Shown here: piece by piece, positions 1-11,921 of the stretch
Position numbering within the stretch: the first letter of the stretch is position 1
How the letters are laid out: every line of letters begins with the position of its first letter
DNA from: Macrostomum lignano
Lineage: Eukaryota
Direction of reading: 5' to 3'
Length of the DNA stretch: 64,000 nt
Assembly (NCBI GenBank): GCA_002269645.1
Contig: NIVC01000829.1
Span: forward strand, 124,001-188,000
Position numbers and translations under genes: made by a program
Notes under the pieces: generated by a model
What the model was told of the DNA's origin: nothing
Databases searched by the model: none
Seen by the model: only the letters and a program-made list of their open reading frames with translations

Positions 1-1648
1 AAAAGGCCCACAAGTGAAGGCACTCGTGACCGTGGGACCGGAAAAACAGGACAGCACTCCAAATTTGGAGATGCCAAACAAGGAATGAAACAGAGGCAGG
101 CCAGACCAAGCTGTCTGGGCACAGCGAAACAAGAACACGAGGCAAACGGGGGCAAACGAGGACAAACAAACAGACAGGCAAACGGGCGAGGGACAGGCCA
201 GAGGACAGGCGGGAGGGACAGGCAACTGCCCAGCGGCAGACAGAAGCCCGGGGCGAGGGGCGAGGGCAACAGCTGACTAGTGCAGCGCCTAACTAAACTA
301 GCGACTCACTATAATTTCTACCTCAGTAACAGCACTACTGAACAAAATGAGCAAAAGTGTGCGCCTAATCCAGCTACTGAAACAGGGGACAGATAAGGGA
401 TCACCCAATCAAGCAAGTCTATGTAGCCTCTCACCCAACCAATCAGAAACTCAACAGCCGGAGACCAGGTAATCCACAGTGACCGAATCGGCTTAGTGCT
501 TCGCACTGTAGACCCGGGATGATGCTGATGTTTCAACCTTCGCAGATAGCTAGCAGGTGATGCTCTTATCTTTGACTTTCACTGCTGATGACCGGGGGAA
601 TTCGTACTTGATGATGACGGGGAAAGTCGCAATCCGGAGATCAAGAAACGACGGTCAGGCCAGAGAGAGAGAGAGCGAGTTCCTGGCCGGTGGAGCCAAG
701 TGTCACCCAGTTGCAGTTCGAGCGGGCCAAAAACACCGGTTTAAATAGCCGCCAACTGGACCGCAGTTTGTTATAATGGAACACGTCGATTCTGATTGGC
801 TGAGCCGATTTGTTATAACGCACGTCGAATTTTCTGATTGGCTGAGCTTGTTGCTACCCAAAGTTACGTGACCGGGAGATCCTATCAGTTCCCTCAAAGC
901 CATAAAAACATAACAGGTGCGGCCATAAATCACTCAAAATAGCTACATAATGATTTATGACTTTTCGCGTAGGAATGACAAAAATTAATGAAAGAATATA
1001 CATTAGAAGGCTCTTATTAAGTAGAAAGTGATGACAATGAAATGAAATTGCTAATTGCTAATCCTAAAGTACTTTTAGAGGTAAAACGCATAGCTGTCAA
1101 AGCTGTCACACGCTTGAGTGAATCCTAACAATAAGCCCTGACCTCATAAATCTGATGGCCTGTCAAAAATGATGAAAAAAAGTTATCATGCGCATCCCCT
1201 CAGACCATCCGGCGCCAGCCTCAGCACTGAGTGAGGCGCAGGTGGCTGTCAGACCAGCTTCACAAGCGATGATTTATGACCCAAAAAGCCGCGCCTATGT
1301 TATTATGTCTGCTAGTATGGCAAAATCATATATCTAGTATGAATTCTATGATAATTCGCATAAACAGGAGAAAAAATGCCCATAGCCTGCTGTTAGTAGG
1401 CTAGTTAGTTTGGAACCCATGTGCGAGCGTGGAATTCGGGAAAAAGTGCATCGTCATCAATATTTTTGTTGAGTTTTGCTAATTTAACATACATTCTGAT
1501 CTTCTAAAAGATGATAAATCCCAAAATACCAAACACACGCAAATTTTTGACCTTAATAGAATTACGTAATTCGGCTTTGATTATTACTACACTGTGACGA
1601 TTTTGCTAAGTTGATAAGTTTTGTAGCAGTCTATTATTATTTATTAGA

Positions 1649-1872
1649 CCCCCGTAAATCTAGCCGCATGCCATCCTCATAAAAAATTTAAATATTTGCG
1701 ACAGCTAAAAACCAGGGTATTTTGCAAAGACTTAGACACTTTATTTATGCAACAGAAGGTTCAAAGCATTACAAGCACTTGGCTTGTCTGTGGGGGGGCG
1801 TTAAAAATTCGTTACGTGCGGATTAGCATTTAAATTTTTATTGACGATGGCATGCGGCTAGATTTACGGGAG
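1649..1872. mobile_element. MITE-like element with long terminal inverted repeats
   Basis: cccgtaaatctagccgcatgccatc (1651-1675) is the exact reverse complement of gatggcatgcggctagatttacggg (1846-1870); imperfect complementarity continues inward; no coding capacity. Confidence 0.7.
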
Positions 1873-2839
1873 TAGTATTAGGTAGTATAGACAGTAAGCT
1901 TAGTCGAATTACTGGAAGCGGTAGAAATACTGTCGAAAACAACTGCGAATTATTTAATATATTTACATGTATCTACTGTATCAGAGCCAGCACAAAGCCG
2001 AGAGCGACGAGCCACAAACCAGACATCTTCGAGGGAGATTAAAAACGTTTTTATTGTCGTTTTAAACTTGAATATTAAGTAAGATTAAGATTAAGATCGT
2101 ATCTAGATTGAAACAAAATAGTGGGAAACTTTATCTGTTTAACAGGTCAATAAGTACGTGCAGCTATACATATAAGTAGAAGAATTAATTACCAAAAATG
2201 ACAAATATTTCGCTAAGACTTTCGCAACGACGAAAAACTAAACGGTGTACAAGAACTTAAGCTGCCACAACAGATTTATTTCGAATGCGCTGTTTGAAGC
2301 TGCGTTGAGAAAGCAGTAAAGTGAACTGGCAGAATGCTACGAGTAACAATTAACTACAGTCATCAACCTTAAATAAAATATTTCATACAGAAAAGATACA
2401 TTGTAAAGCATGAGAAGTTTTATATATAAAACAAAAATCGCAGTTTTAAGTTACAGAATGGAGTATTTGGATAATTAATTTGGATAATTAGATAATTGAA
2501 TAATTTATAATGGATTTTCATTTATAGGTATAGATAATTAGAAAATTTGCAAAAATCTTGGTTATGATGAAGAATCAGAGTAGCTACAATGTACGAGTAT
2601 GTAAAGCCATCTGAATGCATCAAAGCTATAATTATACATGTAGCTCGTAGAAATCGTTCATCATCATCTGGAAATGACTGTGGGGTCGTACTATAAAGCT
2701 GTCGTAGCGTAAGTTCGATCGTACGTCGGAACTTTTACACTGCAGAGATAGGAGCTAAGAATGATCTTATCTTACGATGGCTTTATAGAACGGGCCCTGT
2801 ATCCTGAAAATGACTGGTAGCTCGTCGATGGTAGCTGAT

Positions 2840-5800
2840 TTAGGTGACGTACACGCTGGCAACGTGGGAATCCTGTAAGGCAGATCTGCCCTAGTAGGTA
2901 GGCCGTATTTTAAATCTGTCCTTTAGTTTTTTAACTTACTGAGTTTTCGTAATCCTCGGTAACGTAGCGACTAAACCTGAATTTTGAAGCCGGTTGTCTC
3001 ATCGCAGTTTGAGCTGGAGTATTTCTGCGTCGTCTGCAGCATAGCGCGGTGATCGAAATTAGCAAAGCGATTATAATGATGACGAGGACACCAACTATTT
3101 TTGTAAATAATACCGTGGGCCTCTCCAAAATTTTCTTCCGCTCTGCTTCTGTAAATTGATGTTTATCGAGTCTGATCAGACAGTGAAGTGCAATTTAATG
3201 CTCTTAGTGATATGCACTTTGCACTCACCATGGTACGATTTCAGGATAAAACTTTCGGAGAGGCTTTCGTTTAACAAACGACAGCTAATAGCTGACACTG
3301 AGATAATTGATGGTTTAATAAACAGGGACAACAGAGACGTTAACGTTCCAATACACCGAGGAGCAACTGTGTTCGTTATTTCCTATAAAATATAACTTTA
3401 AAAAATGACGTCTAAACTGGTAATTATATCAACAGTTTTATTCAAAAAATAATGCCAACCTTTTTTATTAGCATTGCGGGAATTATGGTACCATTAGACG
3501 TCCTCAGCTCACATCGATGTGTTACACTAGGGCAGGAGTTCTCGGACATGGCACGGAATTGAATTATTCCAAATGACAGCAGTCTAGGTTGAACTAATTC
3601 GAGTTTCATATTCTCTGGGTTGGCTGGAATAAAACACATCTCAGATTAATTCATTTTTAAGATCAGATTATATGAGATTAAAAACTTTCTCTCACGTGAT
3701 GGTAATACTGTCTCCTGCTCGACCTTTCGTGGGAGTCCAATGGCCCATGTGACAGTGCAAGAGATTCTGCGAATGCAGAAATTTCCAATGGATTGAATTG
3801 CTGAAGAGTCGATTATAAATTCAGATTCGACTACGTTTTGGTACATAGTCTTTAGCTGCAAGGCATAAATATGACACAACATCGGCACATGTAATAAGCA
3901 AAGCACATCCGCAAACAATATAAAATTAACACAACAAATATGTTAAATATTACTTTAAAAGTAACAGGTTGCTCTGAGCACATAGAAAATATTGTGCAGC
4001 TGGTCTGAGCATCTGCAGTGGATGAATGAACGAGTACTCTGAGAGAGCTAAGACTTTCGGTTGAACCTGACCAGGTGTCAATGAGCGGCTTTACATTGCG
4101 ACCTGAAATAAAATGAAGACCGGAAACGAATCTGAGTAGCCATTCAAATTTGGATTGCTTAGTATGTACTGTACGAGGGCTTTTCCTCTACGATTATAAA
4201 TCCCACCAAGTGTTCTAGGGCTAATTTGTTTATACACTATATCCTAACGCTGCCACCAAGTTTTTGTAGGCCCTACTTCTAGCTATTCTACCCAGATTTT
4301 ACTACAAGTTAAGACTCCTTGCACAATGAAGTATTCGTGGTAGCAGTGTCAAGCGGCAAACACTGATCTAAATTTTTTAGCTTACTAAATTCCTACTCTC
4401 GTTTTTTCGAGTCCTGAACTAGGCTATCCTGGGATGGAGTTGCCCGACTGGCCGAAAGCTTTCTGTCCTCTTACGGTTTCTCTCTCTTTCCTTCTAGTGT
4501 CAATTCAGCTTCCCAGAGTACCAAGTCAGAGGGCGCTGCTTCAACAAGGTCAAAATTTCCCAACGTCGAAAAGTAAATTATTTCACAAGGTCGAAATTTG
4601 ACAACGTTAGAAAACTCAAATAGCAGCCACTTTCACAAGGTCGAAACTTCACAAGGTCGAAATTTCACATCGAAAACTCTAGCGAGAGATTTCATAAGGT
4701 CGAAGTTTCATAACATCGAAAACTCAAATAGCAGCCACTTTCACGAGGTCGAAACTTCATAAGCTCAAAATTTCACAACGTCAAAAACTTAATATAACAA
4801 GAACCATACAGTATAGTTTTTGATGTTGTGAAATTTCGACCTTGTGAAAGTGGCTGCTATTTGAGTTTTCGATGTCATGAAATTTAGACCTTGTGAAAGA
4901 AGGTGCTTTCGACGTTGCGAAATTTCGAGTTTTAAAACCCCCAACCCCTAAGTCAGAACGCTTTGCTTTCTTAAACCGAATTAAAGAAACGGGAAACGGC
5001 GGGCGAAACTCCGCGGCTAAAATCACTTTTTATTTATAGTATGCAGAGGGAGATTAGGGTACGTGGGATGTGAAGAAACAAAATTTATGTATCACTTTAA
5101 CAAAAATAATTTTTCCGACTATAACGAAATTATTTCACTAAAACAAATGCTTCATTTAAAAAAATACGTAGCTAGACATAACAGACGGAAATTTGAAATA
5201 AGTTCTTTCAAAGGTGAATAAGGAGAATATTAAAATAGGGCCTGCCTCAGTACTTTTGCTAAAGAATGGTCGGAAACTTGCTTGCTAGGCGCGTTATTAT
5301 TTTATAAAATACCAATATGGAATACTTATAAGCCTTTCAAGCCTACTGCAAGAAGTTATAAATGGCTTCGGATCTATGCAAAATATGAAACGTAGCCGTA
5401 CTCACCAACGCTAAACTCCATTATTTTCGAACACGACGTACTCCAAGACTTTGTTCGATGTCATGCTCATGTTAATTCGGTTTTACTAGTTTTGTAAAAC
5501 CAGAAATTACAAGTAAGGTAGACAAATCAAAGTCTTCAGTAAATTTGCTCAGCCGTAAATTCACCACTTTGTTATTCATAGCTTCTATCTTCCATATTTG
5601 AAGCATATTTTTGTATCCAAATGAGCCGTAAGCGGGTGGGCTTTTTCGAATCCCCTGTTGGGATCTAATAAGCTCTCTAAAAGTTCCAATACCTGAAAAT
5701 TGATACAGAATAAGCGTTAAAATTTACCTAAACCTGTTTAAACTTAACGTACTTCTTTTCATCGGGTCCATTGCGGCAAAGATTTTTAATAGGAAATTTA

Positions 5801-7215
5801 ATTTTAGAAACTATATTACCTGGAATATTGTTGACACCGAGGAAGCCAGCTGAAATCGAATTAAACATTCTATACATGAAGGCTAGAGTTTTCCCGCCGG
5901 ACTTTCTTGAACTGGCTTTCAATCGCAACAATACTGTTCCGGTAAGCCAGAACTCAGACAGGGTAGCACTGCTTTTCGTGTTACCGTAAATGTAAACGGC
6001 GTCACTAGAAGACAAAAAATTTAGCTCCTGAAAATAAATTTTCACGGACAGAAGGGTATTTAGTACCCAGCAATGATCCCATTGGTCAGAGTTCATTGAG
6101 ATGGCTCCCTTCGTGTTGCTTTCGCTGCTCACAGTGCCTTCTGTTTGAATCAAATCAATTTTCTGCGAGCAGGCATCTAAAAATATAAAGCGAATGCCAT
6201 AACTCATAGCTTATGAGGTCATAGAAAAAATATTTCTTACATCATTGCTTCATTGCTTCATTAATATATACTAATTGATTTGTTACTGAAGCCAAGTTCA
6301 AACCCACAGTTTTCTTTTTTCTCATTCGAATAATAGATAAAAAGATGGCAGTTCTACATTTTTTAATAATTATTAACCGATCTACCATCATTTATAACTT
6401 TTTTATAAATAATTAAAATAAAACTATTTCTCACTTTCTTCAGTAATGAAAAACTTAAAGTGGAATCCGATGCTGGTTATCCAGCTGTTAGTCGAGAATA
6501 CCAGCGTGACACTGTGACGAAACTGGCGCACTTGAATACTTCGATCACCCGAGAACTTCACCAAGATGCGGCTTCCTGCGTCTGGAAGCATACCTTCATA
6601 GATTTTCAGGCAGTCATGGGCTAACTCCGTTTAAAATAATACGAAACTTATCTTTATAACGTATCCGGGCTGAACATAAAAGCTCCAAGCCGTATTAAAA
6701 TTGTTTGGGTACATGGTTTTTCCGAAGGTTGGATGACTTGATCGAATTCCGCTTCAATGCTTGATTATCTCTGTTGCGGCTGATTGGTGAGTAGAATTTG
6801 GAAAAGCGGTTATAATTTTGTGTTATGATTAGTTCAAAATTCAAGCAACTCACCCGAAAGTAAAACCTGTTGTTTAACTCAAATATAAATTGAATGCCTT
6901 TCTTTTGCACTGAACCGTCAGTTGTGAATCGAATAAGAGTTGTTCCAGTCACCCAAAACTCGGACATTACGTCGGCTCTGTGAGTCAGTCTAAATCTTTC
7001 ATAATCAGTATCGTTGGTGTCGGTGCCGACGAATATTTGTATTTTGTCGCAGCATTTTTCTAGATCCAGTTTCGAAAAGCGAATAACTTTAGTTCCCGAG
7101 GTTCGGATTACCCAGCGTACATCCAAGTTGCCCGCTTAAAGACTGCTGGAGTTTGCACTGTCAGGACAGGCAATAGCTCCTGTTGAAGTATAGAAGTCTG
7201 CGTTCGGGCAGGAAT
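2840..7215 (-). pseudogene. CUB-array paralogue 1: CUBx4 + stalk module + TM, pseudogene
   Basis: CUB1 exon starts at 7215 (SCPNADFYTSTGAIACPDSANSSSL*...WVIR...CCDKIQIF...GSVQKKGIQF). CUB2 about 6440-6780, CUB3 about 5730-6180, CUB4 about 5400-5690. Stalk exons 3954-4102, 3696-3855, 3460-3623, 3229-3382; TM exon 2940-3148; terminal exon 2840-2872 (DSHVASVYVT*). In-frame stops: TAA 7136-7138, TGA 6754-6756, TAA 6631-6633; frameshift and stops in CUB4. Confidence 0.85.
4545..4935. repeat. Foldback/MITE-like element made of TTCACAAGGTCGAAA subrepeats in both orientations, in an intron of paralogue 1
   Basis: 36-bp perfect inverted pair 4611-4646 / 4834-4869, plus several direct copies of ttcacaaggtcgaaa. 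Confidence 0.65.
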
Positions 7216-7469
7216 CTGAAATAACATCGGACATAGAATTTTGAGTAAATACGAGCGTATGCATGCACAATAATTTTTATGTTCATCAACATAGTTGCTA
7301 CACATTTCAGTATTACTCAAATTACTTCGATGCCATATTTCACGATACAACATATTTCATTGTTACTGACATCGCAGTAGGTTTGTTTTTACGCTCGTAT
7401 TTCCGTTTTTCAGTTAGTAAACGAAAATTGATTTACATGTAAATACACTATAGTACACGTAGATATATT

Positions 7470-7745
7470 GGGTCGCCTTCACAAGCGCTAATTTTCATAA
7501 CCGCTAGCGACATTGACTTTCACATGCGCTAAATTTCACAAGCGCTAAACTTCAGTATAGCGAAAGCACCTACTTTTACAAGCGCTAAACTTCACAAGCG
7601 CTAAACTTCACAAACGCTAAACTTCACAAGCGCAAAACTTCACAAGCGCTAAACTTCACAAACGCTAACCTTTACAATCCAAGTTTAGTACAAGTTAAGC
7701 GCTTGTGAAAGTAGCCGACATTCGTATTTTAGCGGTTTTTAACGT
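7470..7745. repeat. Related foldback-like element with 16-bp CTTCACAAGCGCTAAA subrepeats
   Basis: About 6 tandem 16-mers at 7570-7675 and an inverted copy at 7698-7711; shares a gaaagcacct-cttt-acaag motif with the reverse complement of 4889-4909. Confidence 0.55.
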
Positions 7746-10332
7746 AAACAAAACTTCTCGAAAGTGAATTCGCTAATTCTAGACGTACAGTTAGTGGGAA
7801 AAGTATTACAAAACTTACAGCAATGTATTCGGCATTTCATGCTTTCTTACCTGCCACTGTAATCCAATATCTGATTATTAAAGTTAGTACTACGATATTC
7901 ATCTGTCAGGATTTTAGATTCTTATTAGCAATTTCAATTTAAGATGATAATCAATCGAATCTCGAATGGTAGAGCAAAGATAGTTTGGCGATATTAGTGG
8001 CTTTATATTTAGTGGCTTAATTATTTATTCATATCGCATATACATCCTCCGTAAACATTTATTAGCGTTTTGTTAGATAACAGTTCGAAATCTAACTTCT
8101 AAACTACGAGCTCTTAACTATAAATTACACGTGAACCTGTTATTTCTGACTCTCTGAAATACAAAATTGGTTCTGAAATCTATATCCTTTTCTAATAATT
8201 GTAGCATTAATTGATAATGTTTATTGTATTTATGGAAACTTTACAAACGAATGTATCAAAATGATTTGAATTTCAACTTAAGTACACGTTAGTTCGCGAT
8301 TGCGATTGTACCGCCACCCACAGGGTCGGTCAGAAATAAGGTATACATTATTGTGAAAGATTGCAATAAAAGGACCACACAGAATATAAAGGATCGGGTC
8401 TGGCTTATATTTTTAAATTGAAGTAGAGAGCCACCCAAAAAATTACCTAGTCTTTCAGTTCAGAGAAATCAAGAGTGCCGCTGGGAAAGTACGTTCAAAT
8501 AAGATCATAACGAGCATTTCAATAAAGTTGCATGTAGTTATTAACATTTTGCATACATGTAGCTCCTTGCTCGTCGGTGCGCGCAGCTCGTTGAAAGCCT
8601 TGGTCTGGGATGAAAAACTCTATCTGGATCTTCCGCAGCTCGCACTTGTCCTTGCTGGCGGTGAGGCCGGCGTACTCCAGTCGCTTCAGAAGAGCTCGCA
8701 GTCTCAAGTCGTGTTCGGCCTCAGTTGCTCCGAAGACGATGAAGGAATCCAATATGTGCTCCACTACGGGCAGATGGGGTCACCAGGTCGTCCAGCATCT
8801 TCAGGAAAGCCGCCGGAGCAGGCGCTAGACCAAACGGCACGCGGCAGTAACAGTATGAGCACTGGTGCGTAATGAAGGTCGTTATGCCACCTGATGACTC
8901 GTGTAGCTGCATCTGCTTGTAGCCCGCCTTGAGGTCGATCTTGGAGAACATGCGGCTGCCGGCCGCCTTGATCTTTGCGAATATCTCGTCCAGCTGCGGC
9001 ATCGAATGTCGGTCGCTGATCAGTGACTTATTTGGTTCGCGCACGTCGACCAGATTGGAAATCCATGAGCTCGAGTTGACCCGCTCGATGATGCCTGCTG
9101 CCTCCAGACAGTCGAGCTCCTCGCCTACCTGTTCCTGCTTGACGAGTGGCAGGCTGCGCAGCGGCTGCTAAACCGAAGGCACGGCCGTGTTAATTCTTGG
9201 TTGGCTGCAGAGAAAGAGACCAATTGATCCGTTCAGACAGCTGAGAACTCGCTGGCGACGTCCAATCCAGATGTTGCAATCGTGCGGCTGGAGTTGCACT
9301 TGGATAACTAGTTTCTGCATCAAATCGCGGGCCTACGATATTTTTGCCCGATCTAGTGACGTGAAAGTCGTGTTGCAGTTCTTGGCCGTGGTACTTAACG
9401 CCGATCTCCTTCCCGCCATAAGCTCGTAGCTGCACTGCCGATGTCTTTAGATCGATGTCGCTCAGACTTTTCACCGTAGCCTCGTTGACAGAGAAACTTT
9501 GGCGCCGCAGTTGACTATCAGGCTGAAAGTCTTCGAGCAGCCGCCCAGCTGCAGTTTGACTCTGATCTCGTCGCCGCCAAGGACCGCGTAGATCGTGACA
9601 GTCTCGTCTGCGCTGACTTGGATTGCCTTGCTGCGGCAGCATTAACTGAAGTGGTTCAATTTCCCGCAACTGTTGCATTTCTTGCCGTGCGTGGGACACT
9701 TTGCCTTGACCTCGCGGCTCCGTCCGCATCGGATGCGTTGCCGGGGCCCTGTTGCCTTGCTGCCTGCCGCCGCGTCCTCGATCGTGGTCTCGATGACAAC
9801 TACTTGCTCTAGTGTCAGTCTGGCGGCGTCCTCCGTCAGAAGACGCTCGCGAATCCGAGTTCTGCTGGTCTTATGGGCAAGCTGGTCGCGGATCATTTCG
9901 TCTGCCAGAGTTCCGTCGCTACACGTGGCTGATAGCTCTCGTAGCGCTGCGACCAACGTGACACTGTCTTCGCCCGGCAGCTGCTGTCGCTCCCTGAATC
10001 GATGACGCACCAACATCACATTTGGTCGGTCGCCAAATACCGTCGCCAGCTGATCGCGAGTTTGCTAGAAGGTATGACCATCGACAATCGCATTTCGGGC
10101 GATCCGCTGCCCCTCGAAGCCGAGAAGGTGCAGTAGATGGTTCCTGCACACCGTCGCCAGTCGCCTAGCCTCAACTGTCGGGGCTTTTTCACCCGCCGGT
10201 CGGGGTGTCCAGATTTGGGCTCTTGGCAATAGAAGTCGAATGCGTCCAGCCATCTGTTCCATGAGACCGCCGGTGATCCGCTTGCTGACAGAAATGGTGC
10301 AGGTGAGCTAAAATTGAGAGCCATCTTTGTCA

Positions 10333-10345
10333 ATCCTCGTCGCCA
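10333..10345 (-). promoter_or_regulatory. Primer-binding site complementary to the tRNA-Ser(GCU) 3' end
   Basis: Minus strand TGGCGACGAGGAT matches the animal tRNA-Ser(GCU) end ...AUCCUCGUCGCCA as recalled from known tRNA sequences. Confidence 0.75.
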
Positions 10346-10347
10346 GT

Positions 10348-10549
10348 TGTTGTGTAGCCAAGACTTGAGGAGCCTTGAGTTGCAAAGTAAAGGCCAGGTG
10401 CGCACAGTTGCTTTATTTATATTGGTCACCTTAGAAAAACTTCACGATCGATATTCTATCCGCACTAGAAATACCACCATGCTTATAGTACAAATATCAG
10501 CGTAACAATATTATCATTAAGTTGACAGGACAAGTTACACGACACAACA
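10348..10549 (-). repeat. Probable 5' LTR (202 bp) of the Mag-like element
   Basis: Terminal inverted repeats TGTTGTGT (10348-10355) and ACACAACA (10542-10549); on the minus strand the PBS follows after 2 nt. Confidence 0.7.
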
Positions 10550-11921
10550 GTAATAATAGATAGTGCTGTCGGAGGAAAACGAGGAAGAAATATCAGAACT
10601 CGGAACGCATCATGCATTCGAATAGTTTACAGAACTGTTTATTCTTTTATATGGCAAAACAGTTTACTCTCCCTAAATTTTTTACTAAATTTAGCGACGT
10701 TTTAAATTACAGACTTACATCTTTAGCAGCTTTTGTTAGAATTTCATGTCATTTTTTCTATATTTAAAGCTTCTAGTACTACGGCTCAAAACACATGCGG
10801 ACTCGATAGTAGAAGAATAATTTAAATTAAAAGGTATGAGACTCAGTATAGATTTCTGGAAGCATGATAAAAATAAGATGATTCGGACAATGATTTCGGT
10901 CGTCTCGGACAATCAAGTCCAGCAATTTCACATATTAATAGGTCAAGGCCTACTCTTGCAAAATGAGACACTGATTTCATATCTTGAAATTTTGCGTTCA
11001 GTACGACAGTGAATGAGCATACTTGTCAGGTTTTGAAGTTCGACAAATTTAGTGATGCTCCATTTATCCGACTGGTTAAGAGCAATTTTATTTTCTGAAC
11101 AATTGGAGGCTTGGCCTTAGGCGAAGTTATAAAAACGGAAACAAAGCAAATGTGGAGGATAGCAAGTATAAAGCAACGAGCAGGGGATCACCGTACGATA
11201 AATTATATATTTGGCATGAAGTGGTTAAAAGCTACGAGGAATACACAAAATACGAGAATACAATTAAAAAGGAATTGAACAGGTCAAGGATACCATAGCT
11301 GACTGACAGAACACAGGCTAAGCCGCCAACCCAGCCTCCTATGGCCGACGACTTCACCGATAGCCGCTCACAAAGCACACAAAACTATTACCACTAGTTA
11401 GGCATCAAAAGAATTTAATAGTTATTTTAGAATATTTAATAAACAAGTAAAGAAAATTGTACAAAACAATGACGACAGAACATAAAAATGGACACTCTGA
11501 CAATACATTTTTGCTATTGTTACAATCCGATGTTCAACGTTTTTGATGTTTCGCTGCTGGGTGCAATTTTCTTGTTAACACTTACTAGCGCGAAATGAAA
11601 ACGAATATTAAAAATTGAATTAATTTTTGGTGATTGAGCTCAGATTAGTCGATTTTAATGATAAATATGAGTGACAACAGTCTCGTGGCTCACGCTTTAC
11701 AAGCGTATTAATAGTTCTAAAATTCTGGATTAGAAATTTCTAAATTAAGAATGACAACTGCTAATTTAAGCATTTATGAATATTTACTTCGGTTTAACAC
11801 TCAAAATAGTACGCTGGAATCAACAGAATTTTTATAGATTCCAAATCCATGCGCTGGCTGCTGAACAAGCTGACTAAAAAACTGCATAGATTGCTGTTTA
11901 ATCGCCCCAGAAGTTCTCATC

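Larger units (their letters stand above)
8570..10549 (-). mobile_element. Degenerate, 3'-truncated Ty3/Gypsy (Mag-like) LTR retrotransposon
   Basis: gag fragments (PFLSASGSPAVSWNRWLDAF; FRERQQLPGE...MIRDQL; knuckle CNSCGKLNH), protease C-terminal remnant (VQLRAYGGKEI), RT fragments (FSKIDLKAGYKQMQL; RVPFGLAPAPAAF; LDSFIVFG...GLTASKDKC) in shifting frames. One LTR and a PBS are present; no 3' LTR seen. Confidence 0.9.

Noticed and set aside
1-940. GC-rich segment with short ORFs and a duplicated CCAAT-containing 40-mer (about 769-848), possibly a retroelement UTR
   Set aside because: No diagnostic protein motif or termini within the window; left unclassified.
6631-7138. Stop codons in aligned coding positions as evidence of a variant genetic code
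   Set aside because: The stops replace different residues (Tyr, Arg, Glu) and co-occur with frameshifts; UBE2M and paralogue 4 use TGA as a normal stop.
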